Below, piece by piece: positions 1 through 9,507 of a stretch of DNA of 64,000 bases. The notes below the pieces were generated by a model. The model was given only the letters and a program-made list of their open reading frames with translations, was not told where the DNA came from and did no database searches. Each line of letters begins with the position of its first letter. The stretch's first letter is position 1. The stretch spans positions 429,767 to 493,766 of the forward strand of contig CP011214.1 of assembly GCA_001029755.1 (NCBI GenBank), in the 5' to 3' direction. This DNA is from Candidatus Woesebacteria bacterium GW2011_GWF1_31_35 (GTDB lineage Bacteria > Patescibacteriota > Microgenomatia > UBA8517). The position numbers were made by a program, and so were the translations under genes.

Positions 1-1
1 A

Positions 2-121
2 AAAGTCACTGAAAAAATATTAAAAGAAGATTTAAACACATTATTACCTTATGAAAAATTTCAAAAAATAAGAAAAGTTTTAAAACAAGAAGTTTTAATG
101 TTTCTTAAATCTTGCTTTTAG
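2..121 (+). CDS. 3' end of an unidentified CDS entering from upstream of the window (partial)
   Basis: Open frame from position 2 to TAG at 119-121. Lys-rich tail. No start codon within the window. Confidence 0.25.
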   Translation, partial: KVTEKILKEDLNTLLPYEKFQKIRKVLKQEVLMFLKSCF

Positions 122-617
122 GATCAACCCAAAGCATCCATCCTTCAACCCAAGTTCTATCATGAACATCTAATGTGTCATACCATCTTTTGTTAAACTC
201 AGAGGCTTTAATTGTCCAAATTCCGTCTCTTTCATTGGTAGGATCAACTAAAGTTAAATTTTTTAGTTTTGAATCATAATCTCCAACAATGCTGTAGTGG
301 CCTCCTTGATTTTTTTTATCAAAATCATCCCACCAGTTTACAATGATATAATTTCCTTTTTTAAGATGGAATGAAATGTCTTTAAAAGTTGCATTTTGTT
401 TGAAATTAACAATTTTAAAAAATTTACTTAAGTAGGCTAGGATCATTTGTTGTGGGGTACCCCACCATTTTTTGTAAACATATTTTTTAATTTCAAATTG
501 AGTCTTATTTATTCCTGCTCTAGCTAAAACCATTTGAATAACAGCAGGTCCACACCAGCCTGGTTTTTCTTGAAATCTATGAAATTTTCGCCAATTAGAG
601 GTAATTTTTGAAGTCAT
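105..617 (-). CDS. C39-like (papain-fold) cysteine peptidase domain protein
   Basis: 170 aa. N-terminal motif GWCGPAVIQMVL resembles the catalytic Cys region of Peptidase_C39-like domains. Conserved His/Asp-rich C-terminal half. Confidence 0.5.
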   Translation of the reverse strand: MTSKITSNWRKFHRFQEKPGWCGPAVIQMVLARAGINKTQFEIKKYVYKKWWGTPQQMILAYLSKFFKIVNFKQNATFKDISFHLKKGNYIIVNWWDDFDKKNQGGHYSIVGDYDSKLKNLTLVDPTNERDGIWTIKASEFNKRWYDTLDVHDRTWVEGWMLWVDPKSKI

Positions 618-683
618 ATGGCTATTATAACAAAAAATCCTTTATAGGATTTATTAATTAAATTAATATATAATACTTCACCC

Positions 684-1058
684 ATGGTAGAAACATTAAA
701 AGAATTAGGAGAATTAAACAAAAAGGCAGTTAAAGACGGATTATTATTAATTAATGGTTTGTCTTTTAGGAAAGACTATTCTCAATTATTGGGAAAACCC
801 CTATCTTCTTTAGAAGACAGATTTTATAGATATCTTGGTGAATTGAGTACAAATGGGTATGTTTCAGCACATGTTTTGGTAGATAAATTTTACTTTTTAG
901 AGGGCTATGAACTTGAGGACAATCGAGCAGGAGTTGATGCTTTAGTATCAAGAATTCGAAAAAAAATGGGTGAAACTACAATAATTACTAAGCAAGATCT
1001 AGGATACCTTTCTCGACGAACATCGATAGAAACCAAGTGTCGGGATGCTGGGAATTGA
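684..1058 (+). CDS. Stand-alone OmpR/PhoB-type winged-helix DNA-binding domain protein (no receiver domain)
   Basis: 124 aa. Segment ...DNRAGVDALVSRIRKKMGE matches the trans_reg_C pattern (TVDVHIRRLRKKL). The 3' end overlaps tRNA-Pro by about 19 nt. Confidence 0.5.
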   Translation: MVETLKELGELNKKAVKDGLLLINGLSFRKDYSQLLGKPLSSLEDRFYRYLGELSTNGYVSAHVLVDKFYFLEGYELEDNRAGVDALVSRIRKKMGETTIITKQDLGYLSRRTSIETKCRDAGN

Positions 1059-1111
1059 ACCCAGTGTCTCTACGTCCCGAACGTAGCGTGATACCGATTC
1101 ACTACATCCCG
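1040..1111 (-). tRNA. tRNA-Pro (anticodon CGG)
   Basis: Manual fold of the reverse complement: 7-bp acceptor stem CGGGATG/CATCCCG, D-arm GTGA/TCAC, anticodon stem CTACG/CGTAG with loop TTCGGGA, T-arm CTGGG-TTCAATT-CCCAG, discriminator A. Confidence 0.8.
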
Positions 1112-1123
1112 TGGCTAGTTTTG

Positions 1124-1196
1124 TGTCCCCGTTCAGAATCGAACTGAAATTTAAGGTTTAGGAAACCTCCGTTCTATCCGTTGAACTACGAGGACA
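1124..1196 (-). tRNA. tRNA-Arg (anticodon CCU)
   Basis: Manual fold: acceptor stem GTCCTCG/CGGGGAC, D-arm GTTC/GAAC, anticodon stem GAGGT/ACCTT with loop TTCCTAA, T-arm TTCAG-TTCGATT-CTGAA. Confidence 0.8.
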
Positions 1197-1219
1197 TATA
1201 GGTTCTTATTTTACCACTA

Positions 1220-2362
1220 CTACTTAATACTAAGCGAATAGAGATTAGCGGTTGTGGAGTCAGATCCTAAGTTTGTTAGAATTAGAAGTTTACTTGCATT
1301 AACAAATGGATATGCGTGTGGAGTAATATAGTTTCCTGAAAAAACAACTTGTCTATTTGTACCATCATAATCCATTATTACAATTTTTCCTTCCAAACTT
1401 TCAATTAAATGTTTTGATGTTGGTAACCAATAAAGAGGAGTACCGTTTTCAGAAACTAAAAAATTTTTGTCTTCTTTGATATCGTAAATATATGTTTTAC
1501 CAATTTTGATATCCCTATTTTCCTTTTGAGTTGAAGATCCTGGAAGTTTAGGAATTAAATTTTCTCTTAAGTCAGCTGATTGACTAGCTACATACATAAC
1601 CATGTTTTCATCTGGAGAAAATGTAAAAGTTTTAACCCTTCTTTTAAAAATTTCAACTAAATCTTGTGGGAGATTTTTTAACTGTGCGTCTTCTTTTTTA
1701 GTCTTTTCTAGGTTCCATTCTTTTAGAGTTTCATTTATCTTTATTGATATATTTACTCTTTGGTTTTGAGGCGTGAATTCGTTTGAATTAAGTAAAAATG
1801 TTCCTGTTGCCGTTTTTAATAATATTTGTCTTGAGTTGGGCGAAAAAAAGTAGGTAGAGTCATTTGTAACACCATCGGTTATTTTTTTAGGTTCGCTAGG
1901 GAAACCTATTGGAAGAGCTGAGACTGACATTATCCAGAGACTATCTCCATTTGTGTATGCAATTTTACTAAAATCATCAGATACTACTGGATTTGCTGCT
2001 CCGTCAAATGTAACAGGAGAGAGAGATGGGGCTACTTTAAAAAATTGAGCTGTAATTTGAGTTACTTCTTCCTTTTTGATAGTAAGTCTTTTACTCCAGG
2101 TTAGATATCCATTCTTTTTAATTTCCACATCATATGATCCAGGGGCAAGTTTAATATTGGTGTTAGTTGCTCCTTTTAGATCACCATCTATATAAACTGA
2201 AGCTCCATCAGGCTCAGATTTTATTACAAGAATGCCATTAGCTAAAAATTTAAATGAGTCTGTATCAAAACGGTACCCTCTAGCTATTAGTGATACAAAA
2301 TAACCAACTACTCCTACAAATAGAAGGGTTGACAGTAAAATTAACACTCGAAGTTTAGTCAT
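1220..2362 (-). CDS. Membrane-anchored PEGA-domain protein with C-terminal TolB-like beta-propeller region
   Basis: 380 aa. N-terminal TM helix. PEGA-like segment (IKSEPDGASVYIDGDLKGATNTNIKLAPGSYDVEIKKNGY). Repetitive beta-strand-rich C-terminal half. Confidence 0.55.
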   Translation of the reverse strand: MTKLRVLILLSTLLFVGVVGYFVSLIARGYRFDTDSFKFLANGILVIKSEPDGASVYIDGDLKGATNTNIKLAPGSYDVEIKKNGYLTWSKRLTIKKEEVTQITAQFFKVAPSLSPVTFDGAANPVVSDDFSKIAYTNGDSLWIMSVSALPIGFPSEPKKITDGVTNDSTYFFSPNSRQILLKTATGTFLLNSNEFTPQNQRVNISIKINETLKEWNLEKTKKEDAQLKNLPQDLVEIFKRRVKTFTFSPDENMVMYVASQSADLRENLIPKLPGSSTQKENRDIKIGKTYIYDIKEDKNFLVSENGTPLYWLPTSKHLIESLEGKIVIMDYDGTNRQVVFSGNYITPHAYPFVNASKLLILTNLGSDSTTANLYSLSIK

Positions 2363-2381
2363 ATGGCTATTATACTATATA

Positions 2382-3416
2382 ATGCCTTTTAATCTAATGA
2401 ATATGAACTTTTCAAGAAAAAATATAGCAATAGACCTTGGAACTGCAAATACCCTTGTCTGGGTTTCAGGAGAAGGAATTATAGCAAATGAGCCTACGGT
2501 TGTGGCTACTTCAGTTGAAGATAATAAAGTTGTGGCTGTTGGTGAAGAAGCTAAAAAGATGTTAGGTAGAACTCCTGAAGCTTTAATGGCTAATCGCCCT
2601 ATGAGAGAAGGAGTTATTGCTGATTATCAAGTAACTGAAACAATGCTTAAGTATTTTATTGGAAAAGTTACAGGAAGATTTAATCTTTTTAGACCAAATG
2701 TCATGGTTTGTGTGCCTGCAGGTTGTACTCAAGTGGAAAGACGCGCGGCACTTGACGCGACTTTATCAGCAGGAGTTGCACATGCTTATTTAATCGATGA
2801 ACCTCTTGCGGCAGCAATTGGTGCAGGAATACCAGTTTCAGCACCTTCTGGACATATGATAGTTGATAGTGGCGGAGGATCAACTGAGGCTGCTGTTATA
2901 TCTTTAGGTGGAGTTGTAGTTCATAAATCAGTAAGAATCGCAGGCACTAAGATTGATGAAGCAATAATTACATTCATGAAGAAAAAACATAATTTAGTGA
3001 TTGGGGATACAACTGCTGAAGACATTAAAATTAAAATAGGCTCAGCACTAAAACTTCCCAAAGAAGAGAAACTTGAAATTAGTGGTAGAGATCTTGTTTT
3101 TGGACTTCCAAGAACAGTAACTGTTACTTCAACCGATGTAACTGAGGCAATAAAACCTACTTTACTTCAAATGATTGGAGCAGTTAAGGCAGTCTTAGAA
3201 GATACACCACCTGAACTTGCAGCAGATATTATAGACAAAGGTATAATTATGAGTGGGGGAACATCTCTTTTAAGAAACTTGAATAAACTTTTAACAGAAG
3301 AAACAGGAGTTCCTGCTCATGTTGCTGACGAACCACTTCTATGTGTTGTTAGGGGAACTGGTTTAGTTTTAGAAAATATTGAACTTTGGAAAAGAAGCGT
3401 TACTACTAAAGGTTAA
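2382..3416 (+). CDS. mreB: Rod shape-determining protein MreB (actin-like ATPase)
   Basis: 344 aa. Phosphate-1 motif IAIDLGTANTLV, DSGGGSTE (phosphate-2) and the adenosine motif. Full-length collinearity with MreB. Confidence 0.92.
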   Translation: MPFNLMNMNFSRKNIAIDLGTANTLVWVSGEGIIANEPTVVATSVEDNKVVAVGEEAKKMLGRTPEALMANRPMREGVIADYQVTETMLKYFIGKVTGRFNLFRPNVMVCVPAGCTQVERRAALDATLSAGVAHAYLIDEPLAAAIGAGIPVSAPSGHMIVDSGGGSTEAAVISLGGVVVHKSVRIAGTKIDEAIITFMKKKHNLVIGDTTAEDIKIKIGSALKLPKEEKLEISGRDLVFGLPRTVTVTSTDVTEAIKPTLLQMIGAVKAVLEDTPPELAADIIDKGIIMSGGTSLLRNLNKLLTEETGVPAHVADEPLLCVVRGTGLVLENIELWKRSVTTKG

Positions 3417-3752
3417 TTTTACGGAAGTTTAATTACTAATAAATAGGTTTTAAAAGTTAAAAAAATTAATAAAACCTTGAAAAATTAATCCTCTAGTTTG
3501 TAATTGGTAATTTTAAAAATTTGTGTATGGCTTGAGGATAAGTTTAAAAATTTGAATCTAATAATTGTATCAATAAATTGTACAATAATGTTACAAAAGA
3601 TAACATTATTTAAATGATAAACTGTATATAGTAAATAGACAAAAATGTATAATAATTTCAAATCAAATTTAATGATATACGGAGAAAAGATGGCTAAAAG
3701 TAGTAATTTTTGAACGATTTTTGAGGTAATTTTAATTAAAATATATGAAAAA

Positions 3753-4556
3753 ATGACTGAAAATAACACCAAATCGAATCGAAAACACGGACAGATCTTT
3801 GGAATTAAGATAAGTAGCACTTCAAGAGGCGAAGTGCTAGAGTTTTTAAGGTTGAGGCTAGAAACAAAGGAAAGATTCTTTTTTGTTACTCCAAATCCTG
3901 AAATTATCTTGATGGCAAAAGATGATTGGTTATTAAAAAAAGCAATTGCAAAGTCCGATTTATCAATTCCTGATGGGGTAGGGCTTAAATTTGCTTTTAA
4001 GTTTTTGTATGGAGAAGACTTAAATATTATAAAAGGAAGAGAACTATTTATGGACATTATTAAAATTGCAGATGATAAAGGACTTAGGATTTATTTTTTA
4101 GGTGGATTTAAAGATGAAGCAGAAAAAGCAAAGCAAGAATTAATTAAAGTTTATAAAAATATTAAAATTCAAGCAAATTCTGCTCCTAGGTATGGAAACA
4201 ATGGACAACCGGCATCAGAAGAGGATAGAAAACTTCATAAAAGTTTAATTAGTAAAATTAAAATGTTTGAACCCGACTTAATTTTTGTAGGACTTAGTGC
4301 TCCAAAACAAGAAAAATGGATATTTAGAAATTTTTTCAGATTAGATGCAACAGGAGCAATGGCAGTAGGTGGAACATTTAATTATATAAGTAAAACCCTA
4401 CCATTTCCTCCAAAATGGATGGAAAAATTAGGTTTTGAATGGCTATGGAGGTTAATTTTAGAGCCTAAAAGGTTTAAAAGGATTATTAATGCGGTTGTAG
4501 TCTTTCCTTTAATAGTATTTAGGAGTAAATTTATTAAATATGACAATAGAAAATAA
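3753..4556 (+). CDS. WecG/TagA/CpsF-family (GT26) glycosyltransferase
   Basis: 267 aa. Signature C-terminal motif LGFEWLWRLILEPKR and the central VGLSAPKQEKW motif typical of UDP-ManNAc(A) transferases. Confidence 0.85.
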   Translation: MTENNTKSNRKHGQIFGIKISSTSRGEVLEFLRLRLETKERFFFVTPNPEIILMAKDDWLLKKAIAKSDLSIPDGVGLKFAFKFLYGEDLNIIKGRELFMDIIKIADDKGLRIYFLGGFKDEAEKAKQELIKVYKNIKIQANSAPRYGNNGQPASEEDRKLHKSLISKIKMFEPDLIFVGLSAPKQEKWIFRNFFRLDATGAMAVGGTFNYISKTLPFPPKWMEKLGFEWLWRLILEPKRFKRIINAVVVFPLIVFRSKFIKYDNRK

Positions 4557-4697
4557 ACCTGACGAAAAAAAAGTAAAGATAGAAATCACACGAGATGATT
4601 TGGATTTAATAGGTAATGATGGATATAAAGAAGGTAGTGGGGGTTTTGATGAAGAAGATAAACGAAGACCAAGTCGTGATGATGGAGATTTACTAGG

Positions 4698-5576
4698 TTA
4701 ATACTTCCTATCAATGATGAAATTTAATAATTCTTGTAATTCTTTCTTTGCGGGTTCGTGTGACAAAAATTTCAAATCATTACTTAATATATTTAAGGCT
4801 TTTTCTCTGTATTCTTCTATCAATTTTTTGGTATAAGAAACTCCTTTATTAATTACCAATGTGGATTTTCCTTCTTTTTTATCTTGTTTTAAATCTAAAA
4901 TATCATCAACAAGTTGGAAACATCTTCCAAGATATAATCCAAATTCTGTGAGTTTATCAAGTTGTTTATTATTTGCTCCAGATATTATTGCCCCCAATCT
5001 CATTGGGCCTGCAATGGAATAATATGCTGATTTACTGTCGGCTACGAAGAAATATTCATGGTCAGTAACTTTTTTCTTTAAATTAGTCCAAATTTGTTCA
5101 ACACCTTGACCTAGTGTAGTTCTTAAGAGAATTTTATAAAATTCATTAGTAATGTCTTGCGAATTAATGTCACTAACTATTTTCCACATAATAATATGTA
5201 AGGAGTCTCCCGCGTTTAAAGCTAATTCATTTCCAAATAGTTTATGTAAAGTTGGAGCATCTCTTCTCTTTTCTGAATTGTCTTCAATGTCATCATGAAT
5301 TAATATCCATTCTTCTGAAAGCTGTATAGCTGAAGCTAATTTAATGATTTTTTTTGATTGTAAACCCATAGCACTAGCCACCAGCCTTACTAATGTTGGC
5401 CTTAAATATTTACCCATTCTTTCTGGATAAATTTTGTTTATTTTCCAAAATTCCAAGACTTCCTTTTTAAACTTAAAAGGCACCAAAAATTGTCTTGGGT
5501 ACAAAGGATCTTTTAAATACTTTTCTATTTCTGGCCAAACAAGTTTTTTTGTTTTTTCTAAAGTATCCTCAATCAT
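4698..5576 (-). CDS. Polyprenyl diphosphate synthase (trans-isoprenyl diphosphate synthase, IspA/GGPPS-like)
   Basis: 292 aa. GKYLRP motif, first Asp-rich motif LIHDDIED, second Asp-rich motif FQLVDDILD. Confidence 0.88.
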   Translation of the reverse strand: MIEDTLEKTKKLVWPEIEKYLKDPLYPRQFLVPFKFKKEVLEFWKINKIYPERMGKYLRPTLVRLVASAMGLQSKKIIKLASAIQLSEEWILIHDDIEDNSEKRRDAPTLHKLFGNELALNAGDSLHIIMWKIVSDINSQDITNEFYKILLRTTLGQGVEQIWTNLKKKVTDHEYFFVADSKSAYYSIAGPMRLGAIISGANNKQLDKLTEFGLYLGRCFQLVDDILDLKQDKKEGKSTLVINKGVSYTKKLIEEYREKALNILSNDLKFLSHEPAKKELQELLNFIIDRKY

Positions 5577-5603
5577 GAGTTTGTATTATAATATACTTTC
5601 ATT

Positions 5604-6854
5604 ATGAATGATTTAATCTTACTTCCAAAAGGTACTGTAGTACCAAATCATATAGCCATGATCCTGGATGGTAATAGAAGGTGGGCAAGAGCTAGGGGTT
5701 TGAAACCCTGGGAAGGGCACTATCATGGATATCTAGCTGTGGAAAAGCTGGCAAAAGCTGTAAGGAGCTTGGGAATTCATACATATACTGTTTGGGCTTT
5801 CTCAACTGAAAATTGGGAAAGACCACAAAAAGAAATAAATGCGATAATGGACTTATTTCGTAAGGCTTTAAGAGAAAAGGAGAAAGAATTTCACAAAGAA
5901 AAGGTTGCTCTTGTACATTTAGGTAGGAAAGACAGGCTTCCTGAAGATATTAGACGGGAACTTATTAGGATTGAAAATGAAACTAAAAAATATTCTCAAA
6001 ATCATATTTATAATTTAGCTATAGACTATGGTGGAAGAGACGAGATCTTAAGAGCTTGTAGAAAGGTAATTACCGAAGGAATTAAACCAGATGAATTAAA
6101 TGAGAAAATATTTGAAAAATATCTTGATACTTACAATCAACCTTACCCATATCCAGATTTGTTTATTAGAACTTCAGGAGAACAAAGAACATCAGGTCTT
6201 CTTCCTTGGCAAATGACGTATGCTGAATTTTATTTCGAAACTACACACTTACCAGATTTTTCACCAGAAAAGTTAAAAGAAGCAATTTTAGATTTTTCAA
6301 GACGTAGAAGGAGATTTGGAGGAAATGATGAAGTAGAACATTTCAATTTTAATCCACAAATTGTGGCTAACTTGGAACTTAAGTGGTGGAGACTTACAAA
6401 AATTCCTAAAGGTACAAAACTGACTGAATATGCAATAGATCATTTTCGAAAACAATATGGATTATCTAAAGAACTTGCTAAAAGAGCTGTTAAATATACT
6501 CTTGAAGCTATTGAATATCAGGAAAAAGAAAAATGGGATCAGGCAAAAATATCTTTAAAGAAGTTTTACAAACTTATAAAGGGTGAGCTTAAACTTGCTT
6601 TTGAACCTGAAATTGTTGCCTCCTTGGAAGTTAAATTAAATAAAGAAAAAGGAGAATCAGAGGAAACTACAAAAGAACATTTAGCAGAAGTTTATAGAAT
6701 TTCACTTTTTCAGGCCACAAAGGCAGCTCACCTTAGAGTTTTGGCCAATGTAGAAAAGAATTTAGCGCAAAAAGGAATGGGAGAAGTTCATTGGCAAAAA
6801 GCAGAAAAGTATCTTGAAAAGTATTATAGTGCCCTAAAAGAACGAATTGCATGA
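5604..6854 (+). CDS. uppS: Undecaprenyl-diphosphate synthase (cis-prenyltransferase) with ~170-aa C-terminal extension of unknown function
   Basis: 416 aa. Residues 15-250 carry the UppS signatures (ILDGNRRWA, ENWERP, DLFIRTSGEQRTSGLLPWQ, RRFGG). The remaining ~170 aa are a Lys/Glu-rich helical tail. Confidence 0.88.
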   Translation: MNDLILLPKGTVVPNHIAMILDGNRRWARARGLKPWEGHYHGYLAVEKLAKAVRSLGIHTYTVWAFSTENWERPQKEINAIMDLFRKALREKEKEFHKEKVALVHLGRKDRLPEDIRRELIRIENETKKYSQNHIYNLAIDYGGRDEILRACRKVITEGIKPDELNEKIFEKYLDTYNQPYPYPDLFIRTSGEQRTSGLLPWQMTYAEFYFETTHLPDFSPEKLKEAILDFSRRRRRFGGNDEVEHFNFNPQIVANLELKWWRLTKIPKGTKLTEYAIDHFRKQYGLSKELAKRAVKYTLEAIEYQEKEKWDQAKISLKKFYKLIKGELKLAFEPEIVASLEVKLNKEKGESEETTKEHLAEVYRISLFQATKAAHLRVLANVEKNLAQKGMGEVHWQKAEKYLEKYYSALKERIA

Positions 6855-8613
6855 AATGGCTAGAAAAAATTCTATCTCATTTATTAAACAAAATAAATTT
6901 GTTTTAATCCTTGTTTTAATAGGTTTATTTATATTTTTTAATTCACTTTTTAATGGTTTTGTCTGGGATGATGAAGAGTTAATAGTTAATAATGTTATTA
7001 TTCATTCATTTAGCAATTTAACTAGCTTTTTTGCTGGAGGAGCATTTAATTCAGGGGGGACAGGATCTTTATCTGGGGTTTTTTATAAACCTATTATGAC
7101 TTTATGTTTTTCACTTTTATATACAATTTTTGGTAATAGGCCAATTGTCTTTCATTTATTTTCAATAATTATACATATTATAAACTCTATACTAGTTTTT
7201 TTTCTTTTTAAAGAATTTTTTCCTCATCTTGAAGCAAAAAGAAAAGAGTTGGTATCTTTTATTGTATCTTTATTTTTTTTACTCCATCCCCTTTATTCAG
7301 AAGTAGTCTTCTATATCTCAAATTTTCAAGATTTACTTTTTATGTTTTTTGGTTTATCGGCTTTTCTACTAATTTTAAAGAAACGTATTAGTGTAGTAAA
7401 TATTCTGCTTATAACTTTTTTGTTTTTGTGTTCACTTCTTTCAAAAGAAACTGGTTTAGTCTTAATAATTATTTCATCTTTGTACTCATTCCTGTTTAAG
7501 AGGAAAGAAAAAGGATTTTTTTGGGTTTATATTGCAGGTTTTACATCAGTAGTTATGTATTCTTTGATGCGTTTTGGAATTGCTAAACAGTTTTTCCCAA
7601 ACAATAATCTTGCTCCTATTGCTAGAATTAATTTAGTAGAGAGACTTATTAATTTACCTAAGATACTTCTTTTTTACATTCAAAACTTCTTTGTTCCAAT
7701 TAACTTTTCTGTCAATCAAAATTGGCTGGTTAAATCTTTAAACTTAAGGGAATTTTATATTCCGCTTATTGTCATCTTAGTTTTTTTTACCTTTATTTTT
7801 TTAATGACATTTTTATTGTGGAAGAAAAAAATAAGTTTAGGTAAGCTTTATTTTTTCTTTTTATCTTGGTTTATTTTAGGACTTTTGCCACATATTCAAA
7901 TTTTTCCACTTGATGCAACTGCAACTGGTAGGTGGTTTTACCTTCCATCACTTGGACTTTTCGGGATGATATCTGTTTTGGTATTGCTTTTAACTGATAA
8001 ATTAAAAAGTAATCAAAGAAAAACTTTATTAATTATCATTATTTTGATAGTTACAATATTTGGAATTAGAACATTTGTAAGAAGTTTTGACTGGAGAAAT
8101 GGACTTACTTTTTATAGTAAAGAAATTAAGCTCTCTGGAGACAATTTTAGCTTAGAAAATAACCTTGGTGTAGAACTCTATCGTATTGGTAAACTTGATG
8201 AGGCTGGAGTGCATTGGGAGAGGTCAGTTAATCTTGCACCTTATTGGTGGACAAATTTTAATAATTTAGGAGTTTATTGGCAAAACAAAAATGATTTAGA
8301 AAAGGCTGAAGGATATTATTTAAAATCAATTGAAAATGGAAACTACTATTTAGCTTTTGAAAATTATGCATTAGTTTTATTAAAACAGAAAAAATATACA
8401 AAAGCTAAAGAATTCTTGAATACAAATATCAAATATTTTCCACAAAACACTAATATGATTCAACTACTTGCACTTTCATATTACTTTACAGGAGATACTG
8501 ATACTGCGATTAAAGTTGTCCAATATTTAATTGATAACTCTCCAACAGAAAATAATAAGAAACTATTAGATCTTATTCAAAAAGGCGGGGATTTAAGTAA
8601 CTTGTTTGATTAA
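6847..8613 (+). CDS. GT-C fold membrane glycosyltransferase (PMT/TMTC-like) with C-terminal TPR repeats
   Basis: 588 aa. About 11 predicted TM helices. First extracytoplasmic loop carries FNGFVWDDEEL (the D-E/D-D motif of PMT/ArnT-type GT-C enzymes). C-terminal ~170 aa form TPR-like repeats. Overlaps uppS by 8 nt. Confidence 0.6.
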   Translation: MHEMARKNSISFIKQNKFVLILVLIGLFIFFNSLFNGFVWDDEELIVNNVIIHSFSNLTSFFAGGAFNSGGTGSLSGVFYKPIMTLCFSLLYTIFGNRPIVFHLFSIIIHIINSILVFFLFKEFFPHLEAKRKELVSFIVSLFFLLHPLYSEVVFYISNFQDLLFMFFGLSAFLLILKKRISVVNILLITFLFLCSLLSKETGLVLIIISSLYSFLFKRKEKGFFWVYIAGFTSVVMYSLMRFGIAKQFFPNNNLAPIARINLVERLINLPKILLFYIQNFFVPINFSVNQNWLVKSLNLREFYIPLIVILVFFTFIFLMTFLLWKKKISLGKLYFFFLSWFILGLLPHIQIFPLDATATGRWFYLPSLGLFGMISVLVLLLTDKLKSNQRKTLLIIIILIVTIFGIRTFVRSFDWRNGLTFYSKEIKLSGDNFSLENNLGVELYRIGKLDEAGVHWERSVNLAPYWWTNFNNLGVYWQNKNDLEKAEGYYLKSIENGNYYLAFENYALVLLKQKKYTKAKEFLNTNIKYFPQNTNMIQLLALSYYFTGDTDTAIKVVQYLIDNSPTENNKKLLDLIQKGGDLSNLFD

Positions 8614-8640
8614 AAGTCTTAAAATTACTTAAAGTGCTTA

Positions 8641-8669
8641 TTGACACAAGTGTTCTACTTTATTATATT
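8641..8669 (+). promoter_or_regulatory. Sigma-70-type promoter (TTGACA, 17-nt spacer, TATATT) upstream of the 8712 HTH gene
   Basis: Exact TTGACA at 8641-8646, 17-nt spacer, TATATT at 8664-8669. AGGAG-type RBS about 10 nt before the ATG at 8712. Confidence 0.45.
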
Positions 8670-8711
8670 GTGACTGCTATTGATAAATGTTAGGCAGGAG
8701 ACAAGATATAA

Positions 8712-8930
8712 ATGGAACAAACTACTAAAAAGCAAGTCAGATTAGAATCATTACCTGATCTATTAACGGTTAGGGAAGTTTCAGATTTACTTAGAGTTTC
8801 ACCCTTAACAATCAAAAGATGGGGTAAAAGAGGTAAACTTCCACCTCTTCGTATTAATTCAAGAGGTGACAGACGTTATAAGAAAGAATCAATTTTAGCT
8901 CTTCTTGGAATGCAGGTAAAAGTTGATTAA
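8712..8930 (+). CDS. Small excisionase/MerR-family HTH DNA-binding protein
   Basis: 72 aa. LTVREVSDLLRVSPLTIKRWGKRGKLPPLRINSRGDRRY matches the HTH_17/MerR-type HTH pattern. Confidence 0.6.
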   Translation: MEQTTKKQVRLESLPDLLTVREVSDLLRVSPLTIKRWGKRGKLPPLRINSRGDRRYKKESILALLGMQVKVD

Positions 8931-8950
8931 GTCTTTTCTTCTCTCCATAT

Positions 8951-9244
8951 GTGTATACTGATAATTATACGTTAATTACCAGTATGAAGAAACATAAATT
9001 AAGTCATTATATCTTTACAATTATTTATCAAATTGTTAAAAATTTATTGTTAAGTTTTATTTTTATTTTAATTGCAATTACTGGATATCTTATTAATTCA
9101 ATTGTTAAATCTCCATATGATTTGATTTTTGGTGTTCCATTAATATTTATTGGGGTAGGTCTTTTGTTAAATAGTCTATATTCAATTTTATTATCGATTT
9201 TCTCTCCAGCTTTTAATAAGGGTGTATGTGTAATATGTAGTTGA
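8951..9244 (+). CDS. Small hypothetical membrane protein (2-3 TM)
   Basis: 97 aa, hydrophobic. No recognisable domain. Confidence 0.35.
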   Translation: MYTDNYTLITSMKKHKLSHYIFTIIYQIVKNLLLSFIFILIAITGYLINSIVKSPYDLIFGVPLIFIGVGLLLNSLYSILLSIFSPAFNKGVCVICS

Positions 9245-9507
9245 CTTAACGTTTTCATTTTGTATAACTAAAGGTGTTACACCTGCCGAACTAATCCTGC
9301 CTAATGTTTATTTCATATGATATATTTTGCATTACTTACATTAGGTTACTTTTTGGGAGTATTTACTGCTATGGTAATTTTTCCTCCCAAAACAAATGAA
9401 TTAAGAGAACAGGAAAAGGATGCATTAACTCCAATTTTAAATTTAGAAGAGGAAGAAAAAGTTGCCTCTGGTTTAGTTGGTAGCTTTTAATAAAATTAAT
9501 AAAATAT

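Noticed and set aside
3485-4057. 190-aa minus-strand ORF overlapping the start of the WecG/TagA gene
   Set aside because: Ile/Leu/Phe/Lys low-complexity translation of AT-rich intergenic DNA. It overlaps a well-supported plus-strand gene.
4540-4701. 53-aa acidic ORF (MTIENKPDEKKVKIEITRDDLDL…) overlapping the WecG stop
   Set aside because: Plausible coupling geometry, but there is no domain, no strong RBS and no supporting conservation, so it is not reported as a feature.
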